Below are positions 21,941 to 33,773 of a stretch of 64,000 nt of DNA, one piece after another. The notes under the pieces are model-generated. The model worked only from the letters and a program-made list of their open reading frames with translations, did not search any database and was not told the DNA's origin. This DNA comes from Alloascoidea hylecoeti (taxonomy: Eukaryota), in assembly GCA_001600815.1 (NCBI GenBank), contig BCKZ01000010.1, forward strand, positions 203,527 to 267,526. The letters run 5' to 3'. Each line of letters begins with the position of its first letter. Position 1 is the first letter of the stretch. Both the position numbers and the translations under genes were made by a program.

Positions 21941-23446
21941 TGTAATTTATATGTAAATTCTTTTTAATTTCTATTTATTTTTTTAACTTTCTTAAATTCT
22001 TTTTGCGAGTTTCTACATATGCATATGGTTATATATATTTAATTTAGTTAATACACAAGAAAAATTATAAGATTATATTTAATATAAAAACTAGACATAT
22101 CTCTCTAGATACTAAGAAATAATATATTATACACAGTGCTTAATCAAGATAAATACTTCTTATGAATATAATTAACTGTATAAAAGACTTAATTTTCAAG
22201 AAAATGACTATAAACAGCAATTGCAATATCCCAATGCAATCATATTAATATTGATGGAGCATACCTACCTCATAATTATGAGTGAGAGAACGAACTGAAA
22301 ATGCTCTATAATTGTATTAGCTTATAGTTGTATGAATAAAAATTTGAATGAAAAGTAGCTAACTTAATCATCCTCCTCTTATTCATCCACACTGACCCCT
22401 TATACCCCAAATGATCAGGTTAACACTATAATTAACATGATAATTTCGGATAAGAAAGACTCGTGTGGATGAAAGGGAAGAAGAAGATTGACAATTAAAC
22501 AATTTCATATATAAATGATCGTTAAGTTTGTAAGCTGAAAGTAAATTAAAAAGAAAAATAGGGGAAGAAAAAGTGGAGTCATCCGTTTATTTATATTGTT
22601 TAAGTTTTACTTTATTATATTTATTGATTTGGATTTGTTGAAGGTTACGCTGACCCAGAGTTTACAATATGATCCGTTCTCAAAAATTGTGTGTCCCTTG
22701 CAATTGCGTTAAATATCCAATTGGCCAATAGAAAAGTTGTAAATCTTGTTGGATTTGATCGTAAAGGACCTATTTCTTACAGTTAATTATAACGTTACTA
22801 CTGGACAGTTTTCCTACTGGTCATCAACTTGACGTTGGTAATTGGGAATTCTAAAAACTACAAAAACACTTACATAATTCAACCTGACACTTCTTAAAAA
22901 AATCACCCACAAAAAGCGTTATTACTGTTTATAGATAATTATAGTAAATATATATAATATCTATCTACTGGATTTACTTAATTATAATCAATATAGAATA
23001 GTATTATTATTAAAGATTTCTTTACACGATATCTACAGTAATAGCTCGGAAGTTACTATTTAATAAAATAAAAAAATCACCGATAAAAAGACATTGAAAT
23101 GTCATAATCAGATCATTTATAATTATTTGATTACCCACAGTTTAAAGAAGGCTACATGGTCATCGCTTAGATTTATCTTCATCATTAAATAAACCCAAAT
23201 TTTATCTGTTGTGACTATGTAGCATTAATTGGACGATTATACGTATACAATTTTCGCTAGATAAGTAAACAAATATCTTTATTTTAATAGAGCATATAAT
23301 TAGTCACAGTTTGAGATAAGATTGGCATGGCGCAGATACCAAATAGATAACAGCTGGATCGAAGAAGACCTTATTACATAATACTTACTTTTTAAAATTT
23401 GTACTTACCAAAATTTTGTGTTTGTGTCCCGATATACGACCAGCAA

Positions 23447-25187
23447 ATGTCACCGACCAATCCTCCAACTGATCCACCAGGCGCTTCACCAGGTATCTCA
23501 TCCGATGCCCCAGCAGATCGTCAGTATTTGCCTCCATGGATAGGCTCTTATATCATTGGAATTGCTGGTATTTCAGGGTCTGGTAAAACCAGTGTGGCTT
23601 CCCAAATCATCAAGAAATTAAACGTATGTTTCATTTTAAACACTTCTTTTGATATTAATATTAATTTTTATGATTTCTTTTTTAACAGCAACCATGGACG
23701 GTTCTTTTATCAATGGACAACTATTATAATCCGTTAACGAAAGAAGAGAGTGCCAGGGCTTTTAGAAAGTGAGTATAAAATTTCATAGAGAGATAACGAT
23801 TGCTTATACTAATTATGATCATCTAGCGAATTTGATTTTGATACACCAAAAGCTATTGATTTAGACTTACTAGTTCAGACTCTAACAGCTTTAAAAAAAG
23901 GGTAAGTCATTGGTCATTTTTATGCCTTATCAACGCTAACTGACTAAATCCTTTTTTTAAAGACACCATACCGAAATCCCAATTTATTCATTTTCTGAAC
24001 ATGCTAGAACTTCAAAGACATTCTCTATTTACGGTGCGAATGTTGTTATCTTGGAAGGTATTTATGCATTATATGATAAACGAGTGTTAGATATGATGGA
24101 TATGAAAATTTATGTTGATACTGATCTTGATATATGTCTTGCACGAAGAATCAACAGAGATATTGTTGAAAGAGGAAGAGATTTACATGGTGCTATTAAA
24201 CAATGGAACACATTTGTTAAACCCAACGCAGAACGTTTTGTCAAACCAACAATGAATTCATCAAATGTTATTGTTCCAAGAGGTGCCGATAATACAATCG
24301 CTATTGATTTATTGGTTAAACATATTCAAAAACAATTAAATTTCAAGTCAAAACAACATTTACAACATTTAATTAATTTAGGCACAAAAAATGAATTAAA
24401 ACCATTACCATCAAACGTTAAAATTTTGAAAAATACAAATCAATTAGAATGTATGAATACAATATTATTAGATCAAGACACAACAAGAGATGATTTTATA
24501 TTTTATTTTGATAGAATCTCAAATATATTAATCAATGAGGCACTAAAAAATGTTACTTATGAACCTTTTGAAGTAAAATGTCATAATGATCATATTTTCA
24601 AAGGTTTAAAACAAGTTGAGACTTTATGTGCTGTTAATTTAATTCGATCAGGGGATTGCTTCATGAGATCTTTAAAAAAAAGTGTCCCAGATATTCCAAT
24701 TGGTAAATTATTAATTCAATCAGATTCAAGAACAGGTGAACCTCAGTTGCATACTCAAAAGTTACCGCCTTGTATTACCATGAGAGCTCCCGGTGTATTT
24801 CAACCAGGGACTCCAAATTCACTTATCAATGGAAATGGAAATGGAAATCATAGCAAGACTACAAATATTGGAAAAGAATTAGAACCTTTAAAGGTCCTTT
24901 TAATTGATGCACAAGCATCTTCTGGGGCAGCCGCAATTATGGCAACACAAGTCTTAATTGATCATGGTTTAAAACAAGAAGATATCATTTTCGTTGTGTA
25001 TATCACTACTGAGCTTGCTGTTCGTCGATTATTAGCGGCTTTCCCCCGAATAACTGTTATCGTTGGAAAAATGGGTCACCATCAAAAGACTTCAAATGGT
25101 AGTTTATTAACCTCGGTTGGTTGTGAAGAAGATTCTGAATGGTGGTGCTTGAGGAGATTTGTAGATGCAAAGTATTTTGGTACGTGA
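23447..25187 (+). CDS. URK1: Uridine kinase with C-terminal UPRT-like domain; introns 23624-23688, 23769-23826, 23902-23962
   Basis: IIGIAGISGSGKTSVA P-loop, SMDNYY, FDFDTPKAID, EGIYALYD and RDIVERGRD. Three canonical introns keep the frame. Confidence 0.93.
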
Positions 25188-25510
25188 TATCCATAATTAA
25201 TAGATATATAACCAATAACAGTTATGATAAGCAATAGCTTTCTAGAAATGTTAAGGACGAAATAAATAAAAATTGAACGATTTAAATATTAATGAGACTA
25301 TTATGAATGTTAGATTTTAGAAATTTTATTATAAATGAGCGTTAATTTTAGTATAATAAGAGAGAGTTTTTACTGTCAATGGGGTATAATTTAATTTACC
25401 CAATTGCAATATATTCAATTTTTAATGGAAAAAAAACAGGTAGAAGGGTTGTGTGCCAAATTTAAGGACTGTCTTGCTTAGATTAGATTAACTACAACAG
25501 TTTAGACAAT

Positions 25511-26455
25511 ATGTTATTTGGCAAATCATCATTTCCTATTGAAAACCGATTATTTGTCGTTTCAGGGGGTTCACAGGGTGTTGGGGCGGCCTTTGCAAAA
25601 CAGATCTTTTCACGAGGTGGTAATGTGGTAATAGTAGCAAGAAATAAAATAAAATTAGAACAAGTTGTAAAAGAATCAGAACAATTCAGAATAAATGAAA
25701 CTCAAACCTTTGAATATATATCAGCCGATTTATCAATCCCCGAAGAAAGTGCAAGAGTTTTTGATTCTTTGGATGCAATTCCTGATGTTATCGTTTGTTG
25801 TGCTGGGGCAGCACATCCTGGTTTATTAAGTGATCTTGACACAAAAACACTTGCAAAAGGTGTTGAAGCAAATTACTTAACCGCTCTTTATTTCTCTCAT
25901 GCTGGATTTAAGAAAATGATTTCGGTTGAACCAATCCCACAGGTGTCACGAAATATCATTTTTTTTTCATCCGTTGTTGCATTTTATCCATTTATTGGGT
26001 ATGGACAATATGCACCCTTAAAAAGTGCAGTAAGATCTTTATCAGATGTTTTAAGACAAGAAGGAATTCCATATAATGTTAATGTTGCTTGTGTTTTCCC
26101 AGGAAATACAATGTCTGATGGATTTCTAGAAGAAGAACGAACAAAACCATCAATTACAAGACAGATTGAAGGTCCATCATCTGTGATTAGTGCCGAAGAG
26201 TGTAGTGATATTATTATAAAGAAATTAGAAAGGGGTCAAGGAACAATTACTACGGACTTAATTGGGTGGTTACTAAGTTGTATGGTTATTGGAGCAAGTC
26301 CTAGAGTTTATGGATTTTTTCAGGTTTTTGTTGCTTTACTTTTAAATATTTTTGGGCCAATCATTAGTTGGTTTATTTCGAGAGAAATCAAAAACTTTTA
26401 TAATAAGAAAAATGATACTAAAAGGATCGATCCTAAAGATATAAAAACAAAATAA
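25511..26455 (+). CDS. TSC10: 3-ketodihydrosphingosine reductase (SDR)
   Basis: SGGSQGVG, CCAGAAHPG, GYGQYAPLK, LRQE, FPGN, EEERTKP and a C-terminal TM segment. Confidence 0.88.
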   Translation: MLFGKSSFPIENRLFVVSGGSQGVGAAFAKQIFSRGGNVVIVARNKIKLEQVVKESEQFRINETQTFEYISADLSIPEESARVFDSLDAIPDVIVCCAGAAHPGLLSDLDTKTLAKGVEANYLTALYFSHAGFKKMISVEPIPQVSRNIIFFSSVVAFYPFIGYGQYAPLKSAVRSLSDVLRQEGIPYNVNVACVFPGNTMSDGFLEEERTKPSITRQIEGPSSVISAEECSDIIIKKLERGQGTITTDLIGWLLSCMVIGASPRVYGFFQVFVALLLNIFGPIISWFISREIKNFYNKKNDTKRIDPKDIKTK

Positions 26456-26617
26456 TCATATATAAATCAATTAATTGCTAGTTTAAATCTTTTTTATATA
26501 ATTACCGGTTTGGGTTAATTAGTCCGATTATCATACTAACCATGCATATATATATATATATTTATGGAGGTAATATCTTCTTCTCTCCTCCTCATATTTA
26601 GATCTTCAAAATACATA

Positions 26618-27496
26618 ATGTCTGTAACAACAAATGCCACAATTGCTAATTTTGGAGGTAAACTTCTTAAATTAAGCCATGATTCTAAATCAGTTGGAAC
26701 AAAAATGGAGTTTAACGTTTTCTTACCTCCTCAAGCTTTAGTCAGCAACGTTACATCAAAAGTTCCAGTTTTATTCTACCTATCCGGTTTAACATGTACA
26801 GGTAACAATTGCGCGGAAAAGGGATTCTTTCAGCCATGGGCCGCAAAACATGGTATTGCAATCGTGTATCCTGATACTTCACCTCGTGGCTTAAATCTCC
26901 CTGGCGAAGATGATTCTTGGGATTTCGGATCGGGTGCTGGATTTTATATCAATGCAACAAAAGCACCATATGATAAAAATTATAAAATGTATGATTATAT
27001 CACTGAAGAATTACCAACTGTTCTATTTGAATCATTCCCAGCTTTAGACTCTAAAAATGTTTCAATTACTGGACATTCAATGGGCGGACATGGTGCTTTA
27101 ACATTATTTTTAAAAAATCCAGGAAAATATAAATCTGTCTCAGCATTTTCCCCAATTTCAAATCCAATCAATTGTCCGTGGGGTTTAAAGGCATTTACCG
27201 GTTATTTTGGAGAAGAAGAAAAATCCAAAAAATGGAAGGAACATGATGCTACAGAGCTAATCAAAACCTATGATGGTCCAACTCCAGATATATTAATTGA
27301 TGTTGGTACTGGTGATGGTTTTTATACAGGAAAACAATTATTACCTGAAAATTTGCTTGAAGCTTCTAAATCTTCTGCTTTCAATGATAAAGTCAAGGTT
27401 AGATTTCAAGAAAATTATGACCATTCTTATTTCTTTATTTCTACTTTTGCAAAAGATCATGTTGAGCATGCTGCGAAATATCTCGGTGTTTTGTAA
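26618..27496 (+). CDS. S-formylglutathione hydrolase (esterase D)
   Basis: YLSGLTCT, PDTSPRG, WDFGSGAGFY, GHSMGG and YDHSYFFI. Likely start is the second ATG (26618). Confidence 0.95.
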   Translation: MSVTTNATIANFGGKLLKLSHDSKSVGTKMEFNVFLPPQALVSNVTSKVPVLFYLSGLTCTGNNCAEKGFFQPWAAKHGIAIVYPDTSPRGLNLPGEDDSWDFGSGAGFYINATKAPYDKNYKMYDYITEELPTVLFESFPALDSKNVSITGHSMGGHGALTLFLKNPGKYKSVSAFSPISNPINCPWGLKAFTGYFGEEEKSKKWKEHDATELIKTYDGPTPDILIDVGTGDGFYTGKQLLPENLLEASKSSAFNDKVKVRFQENYDHSYFFISTFAKDHVEHAAKYLGVL

Positions 27497-27670
27497 GAAG
27501 TTTATATGTAAATAATGAGATTAATTTATATAAAAATCTAATTCTAAGATATAAATAGTAACTAACTGTGTAAAGTAGCTATAGTGTGCGTAATGCAAAA
27601 CTCAAAGACTCTTCAAGATCAAACCCATATAACTTAAGGTTTATAATTAACAATCAATTGCAATATATAA

Positions 27671-29272
27671 TCATAAGTCCCAGCATTTTCCAAAAATTTT
27701 CTTCTTACAATTGTCATAATCTCCTGGGGTTGTAATGTGAGGCATTGTTGACCGAGTGCTTGTTTGTAGAACTTCAGTTGTTGTACTAGTTGTAGTCACA
27801 CCATCATCATCTTCATACTCGAGACATTTTCCATACCAAGTCCACCTAATGCATTTCCCTTTTTTTGGTGGTTCAGTAGGTGATACAGGAATAGAAGTCG
27901 AGGTAGCAGGTTCTTCAATAAAATTCCAATTGAAACAATCTTCACACGCTGGTGGAAGTTTACATTCAGGAATATCATCAGCTGTTGCAATAACTTCATC
28001 GATAACGGTAATTATTCTATGATTTAAGATATTAACATGCCAACCTTTTTCGGTAACAACATCATAAATACATTCAAGACCGGTATGACACATAGTTTCC
28101 ATTGCATAACCACCCAAAGCACACGTTGAACCGGGACCATTACAAACACCTAAATAGATTGGATCAGCATTATGGCCTATGTGCCAAATTGGTTCAAAAT
28201 AATCATTGTTACCATTGTTTGGTGGTACTGGTAATCCTAATCTTTCAGCAGGTAACCTTTCACCTGGAGATTCAAATGAAACAGCAGGTATTTGAAAGGC
28301 CCTACCAACTAAAGCTGCTAAAACACCACCTAACGAATGACCAGTTAACCAAATATCTGCTTTTGGATATAGAGCTGTAACGTTTTTATATATTTCCATT
28401 GCAGAAGAAAAATAACGGTCTTTTCTTAATAATTCAGTTCCAAGACATTGTTTGCTACAAGTATAAGGTATATCTGAATAACAATCACAAACTGTTGTCC
28501 ATAAATTCGTAACTCTTGCACAGCAACAAGAGAACAATAAATTATCGTTTATTCTATCGTTTGTAACTGTATCACTATTTCCATCAAAACTTTGAGATGA
28601 TGTGCCCTTAAATGCAATAATCACAACTTGTTTTGACTGCGTTGGAGACTTGTCAGATACAAATATATGACCTCTTACACCATCATCATCCCATCCTATA
28701 CCAGGAGAATCATAGCTTGGCCAAGGTGGACCAGTATTTCTCCATTTTGATTGCCATGGATTGATAATATATGCATCAGCAGACATCGTTGCTAATGATA
28801 AAAACGTCGTCTTGTTATCCATATCAGGTATTAGGATATTTTTCTCTTCCCATTGTAAAGAATTTTTCATTTGTTTTCGAATATCATACCCATAATTTTG
28901 AATATGATTTAGATACGATTCAATCAATAAAGGCGATGAGTCAACTATTCGTTGGATTTTTTGATATTTTGTAGGAATCGATACAAGATCTTGCCACCAT
29001 GATGATTGAAAGTTACTTTTAGTATTTGTATCATGATCATCAGGATTCAAATTCCTAAAAGGTTTATGATCACTTTTAATATCAAATCGGATCGTTTTTT
29101 GAGATGTGAAGCTATTTTGTAAGATATGACCGAGTCGAAATGTTGGGGGAGTTAAGTCGGGGTCGTTATTTAAGGGCAGATTCCGATAAAAAGACTCTTC
29201 AGCAGTCACAAAGGCAAATAATGATAGAAGTACTAGGGAAAGTAATAAAAGTGACCTTGTCACATCTATCAT
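27671..29272 (-). CDS. ATG15: Vacuolar/autophagic lipase
   Basis: N-terminal TM segment, GWDDDGVRGHIF, DNLLFSCCCARV, WLTGHSLGG and HIGHNADPIY. Confidence 0.93.
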   Translation of the reverse strand: MIDVTRSLLLLSLVLLSLFAFVTAEESFYRNLPLNNDPDLTPPTFRLGHILQNSFTSQKTIRFDIKSDHKPFRNLNPDDHDTNTKSNFQSSWWQDLVSIPTKYQKIQRIVDSSPLLIESYLNHIQNYGYDIRKQMKNSLQWEEKNILIPDMDNKTTFLSLATMSADAYIINPWQSKWRNTGPPWPSYDSPGIGWDDDGVRGHIFVSDKSPTQSKQVVIIAFKGTSSQSFDGNSDTVTNDRINDNLLFSCCCARVTNLWTTVCDCYSDIPYTCSKQCLGTELLRKDRYFSSAMEIYKNVTALYPKADIWLTGHSLGGVLAALVGRAFQIPAVSFESPGERLPAERLGLPVPPNNGNNDYFEPIWHIGHNADPIYLGVCNGPGSTCALGGYAMETMCHTGLECIYDVVTEKGWHVNILNHRIITVIDEVIATADDIPECKLPPACEDCFNWNFIEEPATSTSIPVSPTEPPKKGKCIRWTWYGKCLEYEDDDGVTTTSTTTEVLQTSTRSTMPHITTPGDYDNCKKKIFGKCWDL

Positions 29273-29917
29273 TTTCAGTATGTATATAGCGATAAGAAAT
29301 AATTATGAAGGTGATGTTTAACTTATAGTTGGAGGATAAGCCGAGCTCCGATGACGACAATCACATATATAATATTAATCTTAAATTATTGTCTTAATTA
29401 TAACACAAACAGATTATGACAATTACCCGTTATTATCTTTCATTATAACTTATATCATTAATTGAATTGCATCTCTTTTTTAATATTTACAATGACTGAA
29501 TAGTATAATTCCTCGTTTTGCTCATCTTTTATGGCTTATCGGGTTAACGGGAAATCCGATTCTTGACGAAGAACTGCGTTCCCTCAGCAGTAGCTTACGC
29601 TGACAAAATTAAATTTGTCAAAATAAATGAATAGAACTGAAAAAAATAAACACAGAAGAAAATCGAACCAGCATTTTCAGGTTTCAATTTGAGATAAATA
29701 TTGATGCGAAAGATTCAACTACTTAAAAGTATTTCATTATACTATTTAAATTTATAATTATATGTTGCGCATAATTGTCTTATAATCTTATGATTCGTTA
29801 TTGTTGGACACATAACATCTTCCATAGTTATAACTTTTCCAAGTTACCAAGTTAAGTTTTGAAAATCTATTTATTTTAAAACTCTACGAAGCACCCTTAA
29901 AAAAGTTAAAAAGAGAA

Positions 29918-30004
29918 CTCCCACACAGGGGCTCGAACCCTGGACATTTCGGTCGACTTTTAGGTCTTAAAAGCCGAACGCTCTACCAACTGAGCTATGC
30001 GGGA
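29918..30004 (-). tRNA. tRNA-Lys(TTT) with ~14-nt intron
   Basis: Reverse strand reads TCCCGCATAGCTCAGTTGGTAGAGCGTTCGGCTTTTA-[intron]-ACCGAAATGTCCAGGGTTCGAGCCCCTGTGTGGGAG. Confidence 0.93.
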
Positions 30005-30170
30005 TATCTTATGGAATGTCGACCATGACTCTGTATTTTCATACTTTCCTGCTCTAAGCAATTACCTGGAAAGAAACTCATAAAAGTAATAGTTTTTGTA
30101 TGCTATAGGCAATATTTATTTTACAAAATCTCCTGTTTAAACTATTATTAGATATAAACTATTTTAAAGA

Positions 30171-31565
30171 TTAATTAGTGTTCGATGTTTTGTTTTCCCA
30201 CATTATAATTTTTGAAATTTCTTTAGCCCTTGTTTCTGCAATATTATTGTGGATATAATTATATATTATATTAAGAGTATTCCTAAGTTGGTTTGGCGTT
30301 CCATTAAGGGCAATGATGTCTCTCGAACCGTTCTCACCTGACTCGACCTCAATGATAGCTTTATATCGTTGATTTCGAATTAGTTCAAAAATTTCTTCTT
30401 CATAAACGCTCGGAACTTTATTTGAAAAAAAGGAGAATGGAATTTTAACTTGTATGTGGATACGTTGAATTTTATCAAAGTATTTTCCATTGAGCACGAA
30501 CACTTCTTCTGGAATTTGGTCATGTTGGTATAAATCAAGGCCACTAAAGCTAGCTGAAGGAGGTGGTCGAAGTGGTCGAAGTAAACGTGGCACTCTATTT
30601 GTAGTTTGTGATAGAGGGGATGGCGGGCTACCATCATCTTCAGAAGAAGAAGAAGAAAAAGTGAGATGTGGAGGGTCATCTTGTGGAAGGGTATCTTCTA
30701 TATCTGTCTCAAGAGCAGGTTTGATATAAAAATTTGCCATCTTTGGGTTATCAATATTCGACCCCAATGCTGGATGATAGGGTACTTTTATTTCATATAC
30801 ACCATTCGATGTGTGCGACGGATGGTCGATAAGAATCTTTCCAATATGAGATATAGCGGCCGAAATTTCACTTGGAGATCCGGACACAAGAAACCTTATG
30901 TCTGTGGAGAAGGGTAGTTTTTTATCTTCTAAGGTTAAATCAGCCTGTGATTCTTTTTTGATCTCGTCAAATTTGTTAATAATATGGCGGGAAATGCCAT
31001 AAGATAGTAAGAAATTTAACTTATAACCACGATCAGCGGTACAGGAGGTATCACCTAAATGTAATAATGATATTTTAACCGTCTCAGAAATCTGTTCAAT
31101 TGAACCTGACAGAGTGAGAACACTTTGCACAACATCTAGCCAAGTAACATTCTCAGATAAATCTAGTTCTATGGTTCGACCAATATGTCCGGGATTTTCA
31201 TCATTTTCAATGTATTTTTTAAGTGACTTTGCTTCTTCTAATGCTAATAGAATCCGGATATAAAAATAATCTGAGTCCTCCATATCGATTCCAATTTTAT
31301 CTTCTTCTTCTTTATCGTCATCATTGTTGTCATTTGGGAAATCATCCAGTTTATCCTGGTTCATACTTTCGAGGTTTATATTCTGTGATATTTCTTGCGA
31401 TGAGCTAGCATTCCTTTCATTATAATCATCCATATCAATATCATTATCAGATGACTCATTCTCAATGGTATCATCATCATCAATGGTATCATAATCATCA
31501 ATGGTATCATCATCAATAGTATTATCATTATCATCATCAATGGTATCACGTTTATTATCAGCCAT
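30171..31565 (-). CDS. Uncharacterised protein with acidic N-terminus and probable degenerate KH domains
   Basis: Intact 464-aa ORF. Three segments resemble KH C-terminal strand-helix units (VLTLSGSIEQISETV, FLVSGSPSEISAAISHI, IIALNGTPNQLRNTL). Confidence 0.6.
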   Translation of the reverse strand: MADNKRDTIDDDNDNTIDDDTIDDYDTIDDDDTIENESSDNDIDMDDYNERNASSSQEISQNINLESMNQDKLDDFPNDNNDDDKEEEDKIGIDMEDSDYFYIRILLALEEAKSLKKYIENDENPGHIGRTIELDLSENVTWLDVVQSVLTLSGSIEQISETVKISLLHLGDTSCTADRGYKLNFLLSYGISRHIINKFDEIKKESQADLTLEDKKLPFSTDIRFLVSGSPSEISAAISHIGKILIDHPSHTSNGVYEIKVPYHPALGSNIDNPKMANFYIKPALETDIEDTLPQDDPPHLTFSSSSSEDDGSPPSPLSQTTNRVPRLLRPLRPPPSASFSGLDLYQHDQIPEEVFVLNGKYFDKIQRIHIQVKIPFSFFSNKVPSVYEEEIFELIRNQRYKAIIEVESGENGSRDIIALNGTPNQLRNTLNIIYNYIHNNIAETRAKEISKIIMWENKTSNTN

Positions 31566-31875
31566 TTTCGGTGTTTGTGTTTGTGTATTTGTATTTCTGT
31601 TTATGCCTCTGTCTGTATCTGGCTTGGTATATTTGTAGGAGAATTCGTCAATGATTTATTTTCTTCTATCGCTTAATTCTTCTGCTATAAGTAAAATTAA
31701 GGAAACACAATGTTTAATAAATAAATTAGAAGTTTGTAAAGTTGTGTGATAGTCCAGAAATGTAAAAAGCCAAAAAATACATCATGTGACCTTTAACTGG
31801 TTTTTTTGGGCTTTTAATTATTCATGTTCTTTTAGACTTATTGCTTTCTTCTTTTTTCCCTTGATATCATTTACA

Positions 31876-33186
31876 ATGAGTATTAAGAAAGAACTAGAAG
31901 GCCATATATCCGAAAATTCTGCTAATAACAACGCTAATCTAAAGAATAAACACACGAATGTACAAAATAACAAAGAGGGAGATCTAGAAGACGATGACGG
32001 CTATAGAGAATCCGAGGATGAGGATTATAATCCTGGAAATGGTATGTTTTTGTTTTTTTTTCCTTTAATTTATACATCTATTCTTTTTAGTTAAAAAGCA
32101 ATAACACGTTTTTCCTACAATAATAAAACTAAATCAACAGTTATTAATAAAAGAATTTAGTATAAATAGTAATGGACTGAAACTAATCGACCTTGTATTG
32201 TTTCTAGTTAGTGATGATGCAAGTGATAATTTATCAGATGGCGAAGATCAAAACCACACTGAAAAATCAAAACAACTGCTCAAAAAGAAGAATAAAAAGC
32301 AAATAAATAAATCAAATGATAGGAATGAAAATTGGGATCCTGATTTCGATGAGAAAGAAATCGAATCTGCGAGATATAGCAATATTGAAAGTAGTTCAGG
32401 TGGTTTAGTTAAGACTCGTGCACAAAGACAGGCAGAGAAGTGAGTGATTTATTTTCTTTAAATAGTATGTATGAATGGAATCTTGTAACTAACTTTAAAC
32501 TGTTTAGATTACAAGAAAAGCAATATAATATTGTCAAAAATAACGATAACTCAAATGTTGATATTGATGCCTTTTTTAGTTCCATGAAAGCCGAAGCCCA
32601 AACTAATCCAGCTTCTTCCGATATACAGACTTCATCATCAACCCCAGTACCGAAAACACAATCTTCATCTTCTAGTAAAGCAGTAACACCTGATTCTATC
32701 ACTGATACTACTAAAGATTCGCAAAATCAAATAAAAATAGACAGAACCTATGAATTTGCAGGTGAATTAATCCATGAATCAAAATGGGTGGACTCAGCCT
32801 CAGCAGAAGCAAAAGCATATTTATCCAATCTGAACAAAAAAGATCAGAAGAAACATTCTCTTGAAGCCGAATCTGAATCAAACTCCAAAAACATGACTTC
32901 GAAACCAACAAAACATACACATCGACGTCCTATAAAGAAAAGAAAATCTCTGCTGGATGCTGTGATTTCTGGCGCTAAAACTGCTAAATTAAATACATTA
33001 GAGAAATCGAGATTAGATTGGGCTAGCTATGTTGATCAAACAGGTATTAAGGATGATCTAACACATCATAATAAAGGAGGTTTCTTGAATAAACAGGACT
33101 TTTTGGCACGTGTTGATGAAAAGTTAGATAGAGATTATAAAGAGGCTAGAAAAAAAGGATCTGTTAATAATAATACTAATAATTAA
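31876..33186 (+). CDS. SWC5: SWR1 complex subunit with BCNT domain; introns 32042-32207, 32440-32507
   Basis: ESEDEDYNP, GGLVKTRAQR, YEFAGE, KLNTLEKSRLDWASYVD and GFLNKQDFLARV. Confidence 0.92.
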
Positions 33187-33773
33187 AGTAGATATAAGAG
33201 TTGCATATGACAACTAAGGGAAAAGGTTTCAATGAATGACATACTACTATTAATATGATTTCTGGAAGTATATATTTGTAAAGTATATTTTAAAAACTTG
33301 TATAGCATAATTACTAATATGGTCTCCACTAACACCTAAAAACAGGTCATGACACTTTATAAATAAATGACAGTCCACATTCGAAATAAAGAATATTAAG
33401 TATAATCAGTACTTCTACAACAATTACAAGTGGTTACAATTGCGCTATCGTTGGTAAGCTCAAGCTAGGGATTTAACACTTCTTTAAGGGAATTATTTGT
33501 AACTTCACTCTTTTAAAGCTGTAAGGTTATAGATGTCGATGCTTTTTACTTTCAAGTCACCAGTATTCCTATGATTATAATCAGTACTAATATATAATAA
33601 TATTAAAATGTATGTATGTATAAATATAATATAAAACATCAGCTATAACTATAGTTAACTAGATTAAGCAGCTAACGTTAATGTTGATGTATTGTCTGCA
33701 TGCTAATAAATGTAAAAAAAAATCTAGAGAATCAAACGTCCTTTATAAATATATATCAATTACGAAATGTTTT

